Assembly: GCF_001194135.2 (NCBI RefSeq)
Contig: NC_068982.1
Coordinates: 49,046,218-49,110,217 of the forward strand
Length of the DNA stretch: 64,000 nucleotides
From: Octopus bimaculoides
Taxonomy: Eukaryota
Direction: 5' to 3'
Shown here: in pieces, positions 12,148-26,584 of the stretch
Layout: the number at the start of each line of letters is the position of its first letter
Position numbering within the stretch: position 1 is the first letter of the stretch
Made by a program: the position numbers and the translations under genes
Notes under the pieces: model-generated
What the model saw: only the letters and a program-made list of their open reading frames with translations
Database searches by the model: none
Told to the model about the DNA's origin: nothing

Positions 12148-15100
12148 ACACACACACAAACACACACATATATATGCACATATATATGTATGTGTATGTT
12201 TCTCAGAGTGGTTGATATTAGGAAGGGCATCTAGCTGTAGAAACTTTGCCAGAACAGATTGGAGCCAGGTGCTGCCTTCTGGCTCGCCAGCCCTCAGTGA
12301 AACCATCCAACCCATGCCAGCTTGGGGAGCAGACATTAAATGATGATGATGATGATGAGGATGATGATATACAGACATATGTATGTATGTGTGTGTAAGT
12401 CTGTCATACCGGCCATGACGAAGGGAAATAGCCCTGAAACTCGAGTCGCCTTTATATATATATATTTATATTTATATATTTATATATTTGATCCTTTATA
12501 TTGAACACTCAATATTTCATCTACATTCAATACTTTCTTTCATGGTGCCATCCATTTTAATTTAATTTTATTTTATATTGTATATTGTATATCATATTAT
12601 ATATTGTATATTCCATATTCTATACCCCACATTAGTTCTGCAGGAATATAAATAAAACATAAAAAACAGACAGTGTTGGAACTCTTTTAAGCAAAATAAT
12701 ATATTCCTCTATACACAANNNNNNNNNNNNNNNNNNNNNNNNNNNNNNNNNNNNNNNNNNNNNNNNNNNNNNNNNNNNNNNNNNNNNNNNNNNNNNNNNN
12801 NNNNNNNNNNNNNNNNNNNNNNNNNNNNNNNNNNNNNNNNNNNNNNNNNNNNNNNNNNNNNNNNNNNNNNNNNNNNNNNNNNNNNNNNNNNNNNNNNNNN
12901 NNNNNNNNNNNNNNNNNNNNNNNNNNNNNNNNNNNNNNNNNNNNNNNNNNNNNNNNNNNNNNNNNNNNNNNNNNNNNNNNNNNNNNNNNNNNNNNNNNNN
13001 TATATATATATACATATGCACATATATATATGTAATCTATAAAGGTTCATACTATTTGTATGAAGATTATATTCACAAACCACAAGTAAGAAGATAGACT
13101 TGTTCTTCCTTTTTAAAAATATTTACCAAACCTTCTGCTGTGCAAATTGATTGACTCCAATAAAACTGCTCTCAGTCTCAACTTTATTCATATTCTGTAA
13201 CATCCCTTCTTCAACCAAACAACAACAACAACAATAATAACATCAGCAACACTATCTGCTGCTGCTGCTTCTGCAGCCATCTTTTTGCACTACCATCACA
13301 AACAATATTCACAACAACAACAACAACAACAACAATAATTATGGCTATCCGTCTACTACTCTCACTACAGCCTCAGCCAATACTTATAATTATAATCGAA
13401 ATGAGACGAGTCAATACTTTCCAACCGAAGACAGTCACTTAATTAACAGTCTAGCTTTGATTAACAGACAAACATAATTATAAACCGATTTAAATCTTTG
13501 CAATTTCCAAGACACTCTTCACACCAATCTATCCTTTTTCTCAACACTTTGTTTTGCTTTCTAATCATCTGTGCTTTCTTTTCTCCCCCTACAATTTGTC
13601 TTCTTCATTATTTTCTTTATATCTGTCTTTATCTAATAATTAAACAAGTTTCTACCTCTCGTTTTCTCTTCTCTGTCATTTCACTAATGTTTGAACTTGA
13701 CAGAATCAAGAAACAGAGATTGTCCTTATTTCATGCAGTGCTTCCATTTTTGTTTTTCTTCCACTCCCCTTGCACTGATTGTGCCTTTCCTTTATAACTT
13801 CATAACCTTCTCATTCATTCATTCATTCATTCATTCATTCATTCATCCATCATCATCGTCATCATCAGCATCACCATTTGTCATCATCTTTGTCACCATC
13901 ATAATCTTTGTCATCATCGTCGTTATGATTGTCATCATCATTGTCATCATCATTGTCATCATCATTGTCATCATCATCATGCTCGGATGGTGCTTTTAGC
14001 GCTCCACTGGTACAGGTGCCATCACGATTTCGCTTTCACTTGTCCCAACAGGTCTTCGCATGCCAAGTTTAGTGTCCAATGAAGGAGACGTTGGCATGGG
14101 TGCCAGTCGTCGAATTTGGTTCAATTTCGATTTCACTTGCCTCAACAGGTCTTCGCAAGCGGAGTTTAGTGTCCAATGAAGGAAAGGTACGCATAAGTGG
14201 GCTGGCTACACCCCTGGCAGAGGCCTCGGATTATGGTCTCAATTGGTTTACCAGGTCTTCTCATGCACAGTATATTTCTAAAGGTCTCGGTTACAAGTCA
14301 TTGCCTCGGTGAAGCCTAATGTTTGAAGGTCGTGCTTCACCACCTCATCCCAGGTCTTCCTGGGTCTACCTCTTCCACAGGTTCCCTCAACTGCTAGGGT
14401 GTGACACTTTTTCACACAACTACCCTCATCCATTCTTGCCACATGACCATACCAGCGCAATCATCTCTCTTGCACACCACAACTGATGCTTCTTAGGTTC
14501 AACTTTTCTCTCAAGGTACTTACACTCTGTCAAGTATGCACACTGATATTACACATCCATCGGAGCATACTGGCTTCATTCTTTGTGAGCTTACGCATGT
14601 CCTCAACAGTCATGGCCCATGTTTCACTGCCATGTAGCATGGCTGTTCGTACACATGCGTCATACAATCTGCCTTTTACTCTGTGCGAGAGGCCCTTTGT
14701 CACCAGCAGAGGTAAGAGCTCTCTGAACTTTGCCCAGGCTATTCTTATTTTAGCAGCTACACTTTCAGTGCACCCTCTCCCACTGCTAACTTGGTCACCT
14801 TCAGCTAAAACCGTCTCCAGTTCTTGTAGTGATGATGGTAAAGGATATCAACTCCTTACTTGTTTTTCTATAATGCCCCATAAATGTTGAATAATATTGA
14901 GATCTGAGGACTGTGGTGGCCAGATAAGATGTTCAACTTAACTAGAATGTTCCTTGTGCCATTCAGTAACAACTTTAGCTGTGTGAATTGGTGCATTATC
15001 ATCCTGAAAGATTGTTTCCCTCCAGAAATAGTTCTGCCACCATAGGATGAATTTGATAAGATAAAATGCTGGAATAGTCTTGACTATTTCTGCCATGAAG

Positions 15101-15347
15101 GGAAACCATTGGGCCAGCAGATTTCCAAGATATCACAGATCCTCATCACAGATCCTCCTCTATGTTTAACAGTTGGAAGAAGGCAGGTGGTGCCCCAGCA
15201 TGGCCACAGTCTAATGACTGTAAGAATTAAAAGAAAAAAAGATATATATGGGGGTTGGTCAAAATAATGGAAACACCTAGCATCATAGCATCATAATTTT
15301 GAAGTATCTATACATACATACATACATACAGCTCATACATACATACA

Positions 15348-15378
<31 letters not shown>

Positions 15379-15951
15379 GTACATACGTACATATGTACAT
15401 ATGTACTTAAGGATTATTATTATTATTATTATTATTATTAAGGCAACAAGCTGGCAGAATCATTAGCATGCTAGGCAAAATGTTTAGCAGCATTTCAGCC
15501 GTCTTTACTATCTGAGTTCAAATTTCGCCAAGGTTAGCTTTGCTTTCATCCTTTTGGGATCAATAAATTAAATACAAGTAAAACTGATGTAATTGACTAT
15601 TCCCCTCGCCCCAAATTTCAGGCCTTCTGCCTTTAGTAGAAAGGGTTATTATCATTATTATTATTATTATTATTATTATAACTATTAGTGTACTGCTGCT
15701 CTCCACCCATTTTTGTACTGTCATTTATCACCTACTCCTCTTTAATTTACTCCTATTTTCTTCACCTTCCCTGCCTTCAGCTGATATTCACAACTGACAA
15801 CGTCTCCATCATTGTTCATCATTCACTGCATTCACCTCTGTCCCCTTCTGTAACCCTTTGTCGCTTTCCTTTCATGCTCTTGTGAACGTTATAGATACAC
15901 GCCCAATCATACACCTGCAGACACGCATATATGCACATGAGCATGTCCATT

Positions 15952-15993
<42 letters not shown>

Positions 15994-17130
15994 AGATACA
16001 TATACATAGAGAGAGGGGGGCGGAGAGAAGGGGAGAGAAATGTGAAATATAATCATGTTGGTTTTTTTTTTAAGTGAATATTTTTCAGAATGCTCTTAAT
16101 TCCCGGTGGTAATATAATTTATATCACTTTTACTGCTTCCAGCATCCAATCAGTACATATTATTGTCATTGTATATAATAACACGATGAAAACAATCTCT
16201 AAAATACAAGTGGAACAAAGAACAAACGAATCACTAAAAGAATATGGAATTGCACTGATATTTCACTCAAAATATACTTATTGTGGTTTACTTGAACATG
16301 CATTAAAAATACAGTTTCCAAATAAAAGAGAGTACTGACAAACATTGGACTGTCTAAACAGACTATCAATTGAGTATTATAGACAATATATGAGAAGAAG
16401 ACAAAAAAAAGAGAAAATTCCAAAGACTATAACACTTGAAAGAAAATTCATGCACCAAAGCTATTGATGAATCAGAGATACAAGTTTTTATCGAAATAAC
16501 TGAGTAAAAGATTGAGGAAATAAAACTGGTTACTCCATTCTTTATTCAATCATCCTTTCATAAAATGATGTAAAATATAAAGTAATATTTCAAATACCAT
16601 TATTTCTATTTAAAGACTGAGAAATTTATGTGAGAAAGAAGACTGATGTCAAATGTCAGACGTGTGAGCTGTCAGATTCAGTTACATCTTTTGTTCAAAT
16701 CAAACCTTGCCAAAGAACCATCAACAGATACATAAAAACCCTATTTGTTCTAAAAGAAATAGTGTACAATAGAAAACAAAGAACAAGAGTTCTTTCTTTT
16801 ATGTATGTATTTATTTTTCCTTAAGTATAAATATTGTGAAGATATATTGCAAGAAGTGGCTATAATAATTATATCTTGTAATTTTAATTCATGAAAAACT
16901 TGAATTGTTGGTTTAAGAACAGAAGAAACTGAAGATGCTTTCCTTTCAAATCAGATAAACAAATTAACCATTTTGATATCAACCCACCTGAAATTGCCTT
17001 TGGTTCTATGATACAAAGTTTCTACTTCTAAATTAAAACTTTTCATCATAATTTGATGGAAATTTCTGTTCCAAACAACAGGTTAATAAAAACAAAGCTG
17101 GGTAATATAGTTTGCATGGAGCATTGACTG

Positions 17131-17165
<35 letters not shown>

Positions 17166-17217
17166 ACTTGGGGNNNNNNNNNNAGATAGATAGATAGATA
17201 GATAGATAGATACGTAT

Positions 17218-17254
<37 letters not shown>

Positions 17255-18232
17255 TCATCATCCTTATCATTCATGGGTTGGATGGTTTGACAGGATGTTC
17301 AGCTTTTTTTACCAACCAACTGCACAAATGATTTGTTTAGAATGATTGAGTGTATGTGTGGTACATTAGCTCACTTGCTCCTTCAAATTGACATCACCTC
17401 AACAGGTGTCCGGCGTGCCATGCATCAAGTGTCAAAGTGATCGCAGAGCAATGTGAGATGAACTGTTTTGCTCAAGAATACAATGCACCAACTGGTCTAG
17501 GAATTGAAACTACCATCTCGCGATTGTGAGTGCAACACCCAGACCACTAGACCATCATGCATCCTCAGTAATAATAACAATAAGCAGAGGCAGCAGCAGC
17601 AGCAGCCGCAGTAGCAGTAGTGGTGGAGGTGGAGATGGGGGTGGTGGTGGTGGTGGTGTTAGCTGTCGTCATGGTAGTAGTGGTGCTGTCCTAGTGATGC
17701 TGAACTTAAATTGAATATGATAAGGCCAAAACTGGCAAACATTAGTTTTAAGAGAATTCCGTACTGATTTAGAAATTCTGTTCTACCAATTTGAGCAAAT
17801 CAATAGCTGAATAGACATTTAATAGCAGTAAAATTAAATTGTAAGCCTGGGTATGAAATCCAAAAATAACCAGATCAAAGTTAAATGCTTCATTTGTCTT
17901 TCAAAGGTCATCTACTGATATCTTTAAGAATCTATTTTGGTTCTCAGGATCTAAGACAGCATGTAGAATTAGGTGCTAGCAAGTCAGCATATGGTTTTAC
18001 TATTTAAATGTTGATTAATATGTTCAGGGACAGATAGAATAATAAAATGAAAATAATAAAAAAAAGATGCTATTTGTATTTGTAGATGAGATGTATGTAG
18101 ACTACTGTAATAGTAATCAGAATATATATGTATATATGAACTTGCATGTTTAGATTGAGTAAAAAGCAGGACAAAATTAACAGAAGCAGACGATCTGACA
18201 ATAAAATGCCAACATAAAAAGTTCTCCAATAG

Positions 18233-18282
<50 letters not shown>

Positions 18283-21200
18283 CCACCTCATCATCATCAT
18301 CATCTTCATCATCATCATCATCAACATGTAACACCCTTCTTCAATGCTCGCATAGGTTGGGCAGTTTAGCAGGAGTTGATAAACCACCAGAACTGCCCCA
18401 AGCTCCAGTGTCCTCTTTGGCATGGTTTCTGTGGCCGGATGCCCTTCTTAATACCAACTGTTTTACAAAGTGTACTTGATATTTTTTACATGGTTTTGGC
18501 ATATTGAGGTTATCCTCTCATACAGTAAACCAAGGGAACTCACACAGAGTATCCCAGATTACTCTACAACAGTCATGAGCAAACTGACATCCAAGGGACT
18601 TTCTGAATGACATACCTAATGAAAATCACCTTGAATTTTTTTACTAGCATGGCTCGCCTGATGATGTTCTGTTCTTATGAGGCCTGCTTCTCATAAAAGA
18701 TTGTCCATGCCCTCTCCACAGAATGAAAATCATTAAAAGTACCCTCTCCCAAAAGCATAATTACAATAACACCATTCAACTTTGTCAAGCTTGCTGCTCT
18801 TACCTGACTCCCATTAAATACACTAAGATAGAACCTTCCTTTCTATCATCAACTTTTTCAGGTATAACTTGAAGAAACTGATGAGAGCTTGACCAGAGAG
18901 GAAAATACTTGTCCTCATACCTTTTGAATGCATCTACCACACAACTTCTTTCACTTAAGACACCAAAAAAGAGATCAGACTCGTAAAGAAATTTGTAACA
19001 TTTCTGAAGGGGAAATTTAACCCTTTAGCATTTAAACTGGTCATATCTGGCTCAATTATTCTGCATGTTTTATGATCAAACCAACCAGATACAGCCTCTC
19101 ACACCTACTACCCTACAATGTCCTTCTAAAAATAAGCAATCGCATCATCAAAATTTCAAAGCTACAGGATAATGCATGATTAATTTAAAACAATGTGAAT
19201 AAATAAGTATTACATTTGACAGAGTAATATGAATGCTAAAGGGTCAAAACCTTTACAAAATTAACACTCTGAGACCAAACTTGTAGTTCTATTTTACAAA
19301 ACCATTCATCTTAGGATGTTTATATCTTAGCTAAAAAAATTTCTATCATAATTTTCTCTTGTAACTTTTTATCAAGTTATGCTCAAAACACAAGTTTAAT
19401 TAAAAGCAATTAAGCTTTTAATTTAAGCATAAGATAAGTAATTTTAAAGGGAGGGGGTTAATCAATACTATGAAAGCTGTACTTGACAGCTTCTTTATTA
19501 TATTGATCACAAAAGGATAAATGACTAAGTTGACCTCGGAGGATTTGAGCTCAGAAAATGAAGAGCTGGAACATAGACCAAAAGATATTTTTTCCAATAA
19601 TGAAAACATGTTATTTTACTAAATATCTCCAAATTATTGATTACTTTAATAATTAATTGAAACATATTTTAGAAAGATGTTTATGAAATGGTTAATGTCC
19701 CTAGCATCACCATCATCATTTTGACATCTGCTTTTTCCATGGTGCCATAGTTTGGATAAGACATCGTGAAGTGTTACTCTGTGACTGGATGCCTTCCTGT
19801 CCTATACATACTTTAGCTTTGTCCTCTTAGAATATAAGACTGCATTTCATAACCAAGACTTTCTGGGACATTTTAATGTTCAACAAGACAACTTTACTAT
19901 CTGTCCAAGACATTAGGACAGATCTTCCAAACCAGGATTGTCTTGAGGAAAGCATGATATATGACAAGCCTTTATATTTATGTGTCTGAGTGTGTGTGTG
20001 TCTAGGTTCGTGCCTATGTTATTTATGTTTACATGGCTTTAAAATTAGTATTCCATAATGTAGCCCTTTGACAAACAGAAATCAATAAATAAATTATGTA
20101 CAGACGGATAAAAAAAAAAGTACTAGGATTGATATGATTGACCAAGTTCTCAAAGGTAATGCTCCAGCATGGCCACATTCCAACGACTGAAAAATAATAA
20201 AAGAATAAAAAGAAGACACAACTCAGAACATGTTTTATTCATATTTTGACCTCTTCAATGACTATACTGAATTTGTCTGCTTTAATAACAAAGAGAGAAT
20301 TACTTACTAACCATACAATTACATACTGGCTGGTATGAAAATTTAAATTCGTTTCTGGTGTGTTTCTATTTGATTAAGCTTCTGTTCCAAAGAACAGGTG
20401 GTGGCAAAAACTAAATTAATTGGAAACTGAAAGTAACTATTTCTAGTAAGTGTATAATGTCTTAAAATATTTATGAACATGTATTTTTATTGTTTTAGCA
20501 AATTAACCCATAAGAGGTGATGCCATTATATTTTTGTCAGCAAAATGTTTGTATAAAATGTCTCAGAATATTGAATATTCTTTTAGCTTTCCAGTCACAT
20601 TCTTCAACACCTGCTCAGTAAAGTTTAGTTATATTTCTCTTGTTCTAAACTATTACAATCAGTAGATGTGCAATCAAATACAGTTACTAGATATTTTTAT
20701 AACTGTAGTCAGAGGAGTTTGGGAATAGTTATCACTGCCTCATGGAGAAAGAAAATGATAAGGAATTAGACATTTTGCTCCTTTATTTGTTAGTGTCCCT
20801 GTATTTCATGCAATGGAAATTTCAATACTGAAAAATATTCCTTTTTCCAAAATATGGTATCACTTTACATAGGTTATTTTTTGCTTCTATAATATTCCAT
20901 TGAAGGTCCTCTTTATCAATATGAAAATAAATAACCCAAGAATTCAGAGACCAGAATGGTCTGCCAGTAACAACACTTTTCTTTAAGCTCCTGAATTATT
21001 TTGTTTCCTATATCTGATAAGGAGAAACTTTCCTAAAATATTATTGAAACCTTAAACTACCTGTGCAAGGTAAGACAATGTCATTTCTATATTTATATTT
21101 GTTGACATCACCTAACAAATTTTGCTTAATTTTCATCTGTATTGCTCGAAGTGTTTTTTAAACATTTATATCATTTACACATTGTAATGCTTCAAGCAAA

Positions 21201-23683
21201 TTACAATACTCCTTTAAATAGGAAACTATTTTTAAGCAGCCTTCATATATATGGACATTTTCTTTAGAGAAATGAAGTTTATGAATGCCATGATGTATTG
21301 TAAAATTTCTAAACCATCCAAATGTAAAAAACATACCTTTATGTAATCTCTTAGTGATTTTTCTGACCTTGGGTCCTTGAAATCAATATTTCTTTGGACC
21401 ACTTTACCAAGATTTTGAACTGGAGAAGTACAGTGCCAGAATATCTACCATAGGGAACCCCCACTGATATTCTAAGAAACCTACTAATCTGATGGCCTCG
21501 GCTAGCACCTTATTTATTAACTGCAAAAGGGGTAAAAGCAAAATTGTCCTTAGCAAAATTTGAACTAGTAACACAAGGAACATATACCCATAAGATATTT
21601 AATCTGATGCTCTGATAATTCAGCTAGTTTGTCATTCTGTTAGGATTATCTTCTCATATCAAAATTGTTTTTCTAATTTAAAGGCACTCCTCAGTTATGG
21701 TTTGTTACAAAACATATAGGCAAAGCATATTGAAGCAAGTTTAAAAGCACAACACAAGACTGTTGTCATAGTCAGTAATCTTAAAAAGGTAGTACATTTT
21801 TTCCTTGCAGACCAGAGAAATGTATAATTTGTTTCATTTGCCACCAAGTTTCAAGTATAAGTGTTACTTCATGGTCATCCTCAGAAATAGTAGTAAATCA
21901 AAGAGTAGGCATCTGCATAGTAAAGTAAATAAGGGGGGTAATATTAATGGAGAGAAGAATGGAGAAAAATACGTTTGAGGGAAGTGGAGTAGGAGAAGAA
22001 GTAGGAAGGAAATGAGGAAGGAAAAATATGACTTTGAATAACAGAGGTTGTAAATTTTGCTTTGAGAATGTTTTATGAGTCTTTTACAGAAGTGGCAGGA
22101 ATTTTGACAATGTAAATTTCATCAGTGGCTATTATAAACTAAAATGTGTATTTTCTTACCCTAATACATAGACGGCTATTGTTGTCTAAGATGAATTAGA
22201 TAACAAAACCAATTTTTCATTTGTTATAAATGTCTTGTTTCATTGTTATTGATTTTATTGTCTAATCTTTTTCCTTTTTTTTTTTAAATAATATATCGAG
22301 ATTGTTTTTAAATGTATCTATTATAATAATTAGCTTCAATATTATCTACATTTTCCATTAATTTATCTTCCAAACACACAAGAGAAATGCATAATTTGCC
22401 TTATTTGTATGAGTTTCAAATATATATAAGGGTTATGTTGTGGCCATAATATCTCAGAAAGATAGCTTAACAGTGGCAGTAGATGTGATATGGTAGACAT
22501 TTGCATAATATACTGAATTAATGATCAATTACATAAAGGTGCAGCTTTGTTGAACATTAAGACATTGCACATATAATTCAACTAAAAATACCCAAATTTG
22601 TTTCCATATACATTAATGGGGTTAAAGTTGATGTACATATGGAGGTAAAGATTTAAACTTGGCAGTGACTATTGTTAGGAATTGCTTGATGAGTCAGATT
22701 TCCCAACAGATATTATTTATAACAAATCTGCTGCTGAAAGCTGAATGTAATAGAATTGGGTTTTTATAATGTATTAGTGTGATGGAAGAGAGATTTGTCT
22801 GCTGTTTCGAGCAGCTAATATGAAGGCATGACATAAGGTGACATTTGGCCTTCAGCAGCATTACATTTCGAGGTGGCTAATTAAGCCAATATTTGCATAA
22901 AAACCATGGTTACATTGGGGGCACATAATAACAGAGTCAGGACCCAAAGGGACTCTTGCTTCCAATGCAATCCTCTTTAGCATCTCTGATCATTTCTTAT
23001 TTTGGGTGCTGTACTCTAGAGTACACAGCACTATGCCACATATATATGATATGGTCCTAAACTCCAGTGGTATGTTCCAGAGAGTATAACTACTGATAAA
23101 TATTAGTTTCAAATTTTGGCACAAGGCCAGAAATTACATCAACCTCAGTAAATAACTAGTACCTATTTTATCAACCTCAAAAGGATGAAAGGCAAAGCAG
23201 ACCTTGGCGGAATTTGTATTACATTCTGAATTCAAATTCCGAACTCAGAACATAAAGACCAATGAAATGTCACAAAGCATTTTGTCTACATACTAATGAT
23301 TATATATATATGTGGCATAGTGCTGTGTACTCTAGAGTACAGCACGCAAAATAAGAAATGAATGTCACTGACCATAGATATGCTATATTAAGACTCACCC
23401 AGAGATAAACAACAACAGTGGAAGCAGCAGCAGCAGCAGTAGCAACAGCAGTAGCAACAGCAACAACAATGGTTTCAAATTTTGCCACAGGGGCAGCAAT
23501 TTTAGGGGAGGGGATGAGTCAATTACATTGACCCCAGCGTTCAACTGGTACTTATCTTATTGACCCCCAAAAAGATGAAAGGTAAAGTTGACTTCAGTGG
23601 AATTTGAACTCAGTATGTAACAATTGGTAAAATACTGCTAAACATTTCATCCAATGCGCTAACAATTCTGCCAGCTCACCACC

Positions 23684-23723
<40 letters not shown>

Positions 23724-24249
23724 NNNNNNNNNNNNNNNNNNNNNNNNNNNNNNNNNNNNNNNNNNNNNNNNNNNNNNNNNNNNNNNNNNNNNNNNNNNNN
23801 NNNNNNNNNNNNNNNNNNNNNNNNNNNNNNNNNNNNNNNNNNNNNNNNNNNNNNNNNNNNNNNNNNNNNNNNNNNNNNNNNNNNNNNNNNNNNNNNNNNN
23901 NNNNNNNNNNNNNNNNNNNNNNNNNNNNNNNNNNNNNNNNNNNNNNNNNNNNNNNNNNNNNNNNNNNNNNNNNNNNNNNNNNNNNAAACAGAAACAATTC
24001 CTATCATAGTAGGTGCTTTAGGTATAATAAAAAAATATTCAGACAAATACATAACAAAAACACCAGGACTTACAAATATATATAACATACAGAAAATTGC
24101 ACTACTGGGCACTGCACACATCCTACGCAAAACACTTTCAATACAGTAACCATAAGAGCATCACAGCAAACCACAGCACATACCCAAGGCGCACAGAGCT
24201 GCACTCGGTAGTGAAGTGAAAGCACATTATAAAAATAAAACTACTGAAC

Positions 24250-24305
<56 letters not shown>

Positions 24306-26553
24306 CAACAATAATAATAAACAACCCCACTTCTCTGTTTCAGTGTCCAAATTACACTCATAATTATTGGATATATCAATTATCACTGACAGCTGAAGAG
24401 ATGGAATAGCAATTACTTATTTTTAATTTGGTAAAATGCCATAATATTTTGGACAAAGAGAAATGACAGTTTACTTGCACTGCAAATGTAACTAAATGGA
24501 CAATTGTAATCAAATCATACAAGCTATTGAGATCTATAAGTTGACAGTAATATTTACTGTAATAATGACTTTTCAATTATGTATGTGTGGTCTTAAAGAT
24601 GAATAATTAGACAAGAACAATGAGAATGTTGGTGTTTGGAAAAATCTGTGTAAATCTGCCATTTGGGCAACATGTGGCAATTTTTACTACCTAAGACACA
24701 AACTCAACTAATTAAGATTTCACAGTTTTTTGGGGGTTTTTTTGAGTAGTTTCTGAAATGGATAGAGAAATTCAAAGGATCGCTTTGGTATAATGGTAGA
24801 ATTTTTGCCATGTCTATTGAAGATGTGGGTCCAAGTCCCATGAGGAGCCTTTGGCTTACTCTGTCTGTAAAGGTTTTTTTTAGCCCAATATTTACATGCT
24901 TTTATTTATACCTTTATGTGCTTTGAGATGCACGGTTCCAAAAAAAGAACTATTACACATCCATTGTTCATTTTGAAGTTTCTAAATTCTTAAGACATCA
25001 ACAGCATATTATTTTCACTGGTTAGAATGAAATTGCTAAAACGAATAGAGAAATTCAAAGAAATGCTTTGGTCAAAAAGTGTACAAGAGATGTGAGTTTG
25101 AGTACTTCAGGCAGTCTTTGACTTTTTCTATCCAAAAGGGTTTCAACCAAATATTTACAGATGCAGGCGTAGCTGTGTGTTAAGAAGCTTGCTTCCTAAC
25201 TATATAGTTCTGGGTTCAGTTCCACTGCATAGCACTTGGGAAAATGTCTTCTACTATAGCCTCAGGCCTTGCAAATGGATTTGGTAGATAGAAACTGAAA
25301 GAAAGCTGTTGTTTTACAAAAAAATATATTTTTTTAAATCACCTTTACACTTCAAATACTGTCAACCTCACCTTCAAATACAGTCACACTAGAAAAAAAA
25401 ACATCTTCTCAAAAATGGTTAGTAACATTCTCATAACAGATTTCATAAAATTTTTTTTTAAATAATATTCTTTAAAAACATCACCTTTGCACTTCAAAAC
25501 TGTATTAAATTATCCTCATAGACTTTCAAATATTTAAGCAACTGTTACACAATCAAGATGGTACTGATCAGATCGAAATCAACAACAAATATGAACTCAA
25601 GTGACAGAATTTTGGAGGAAATCTCAAACAAAGTAACAATCCTCACAAACAAATATGACTCGCATCATTTTTTGGGGGAATAGAACAAACTCGTATTTAC
25701 AGAGAAAAAGTAGAAATCCTGCTAACATTAAAACACACTACTGAAACTCTAAATACAATCTCCATTTCTCTGTCAACAACAGAACATTCCAATACACAAG
25801 ATATCTTTAAGGAATAGAATGAAATTCATTTGGAGAATGAAGCACTCAAGAAAATGACCCAGATGAAAAAGATATGGTATAATTTATTAAATCAAAGTAA
25901 AGATGCATATTGGAAAGCAATCAGAAATGAAAATTTAACAAACACATATGCACAATGGATAAACCAAGAACCAGTGATTTTCCTACAAAAATTCCATCCC
26001 CAAAATATCACATCAAAACCAAATGAAGAAATGAAAATCAGAATAAATCTTGCACACCAAAGGTTTGAAGCAAAGATCAGCAGTTTAAAGCTTCATAGGC
26101 CTCACTTTAAAGAGAAATTTGAGAAATGTGACAGCTTAGTGCAAAAAGAAATCTCCAAACAAACCAACAGGAAATTACATGAGAAACTGGACTTATGGAA
26201 AAAAGACATAGAAATACAAGAAGCCAAACTGAATAAAATAGTTGTGTAAATATTGCAAATAATATTAGACATGAATATATAAACAGTTAAAAATATATCA
26301 AGACAAAGCATTTTGCTACACAAAGTAATAGAGTAAACCCTCAAACTATCCAAAAGTTGTCTGTTAGTAAAACTGGTACAAAAAAGTATCTTTTTTATAG
26401 AGAAATCAAATCATGTCAAAACTTTCTCTCTCTTAGAGCTATCCATTTGCTTGAATGTACACAACAATAATAATAATGATAATAATAACAGTAATAATAG
26501 CAACAACAACAATGACGATGATGATAACAGCTATGAACAACAATAACAACCAA

Positions 26554-26584
<31 letters not shown>

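Noticed and set aside
18804-19003. Alternative reading of this exon as an RGS domain C-terminus (E..YFP.W..S..FL)
   Set aside because: Only a short local resemblance; the CENP-P alignment explains all six exons and the total length.
22150-22185. 26-nt AG-GT-bounded segment
   Set aside because: The phase needed to join the chain contains a TAG, and 31078 already joins 21419 directly.
22680-22950. Non-repetitive tract with octamer and TAATTA motifs (enhancer-like)
   Set aside because: Short motifs are frequent in AT-rich DNA; conservation cannot be assessed from one sequence.
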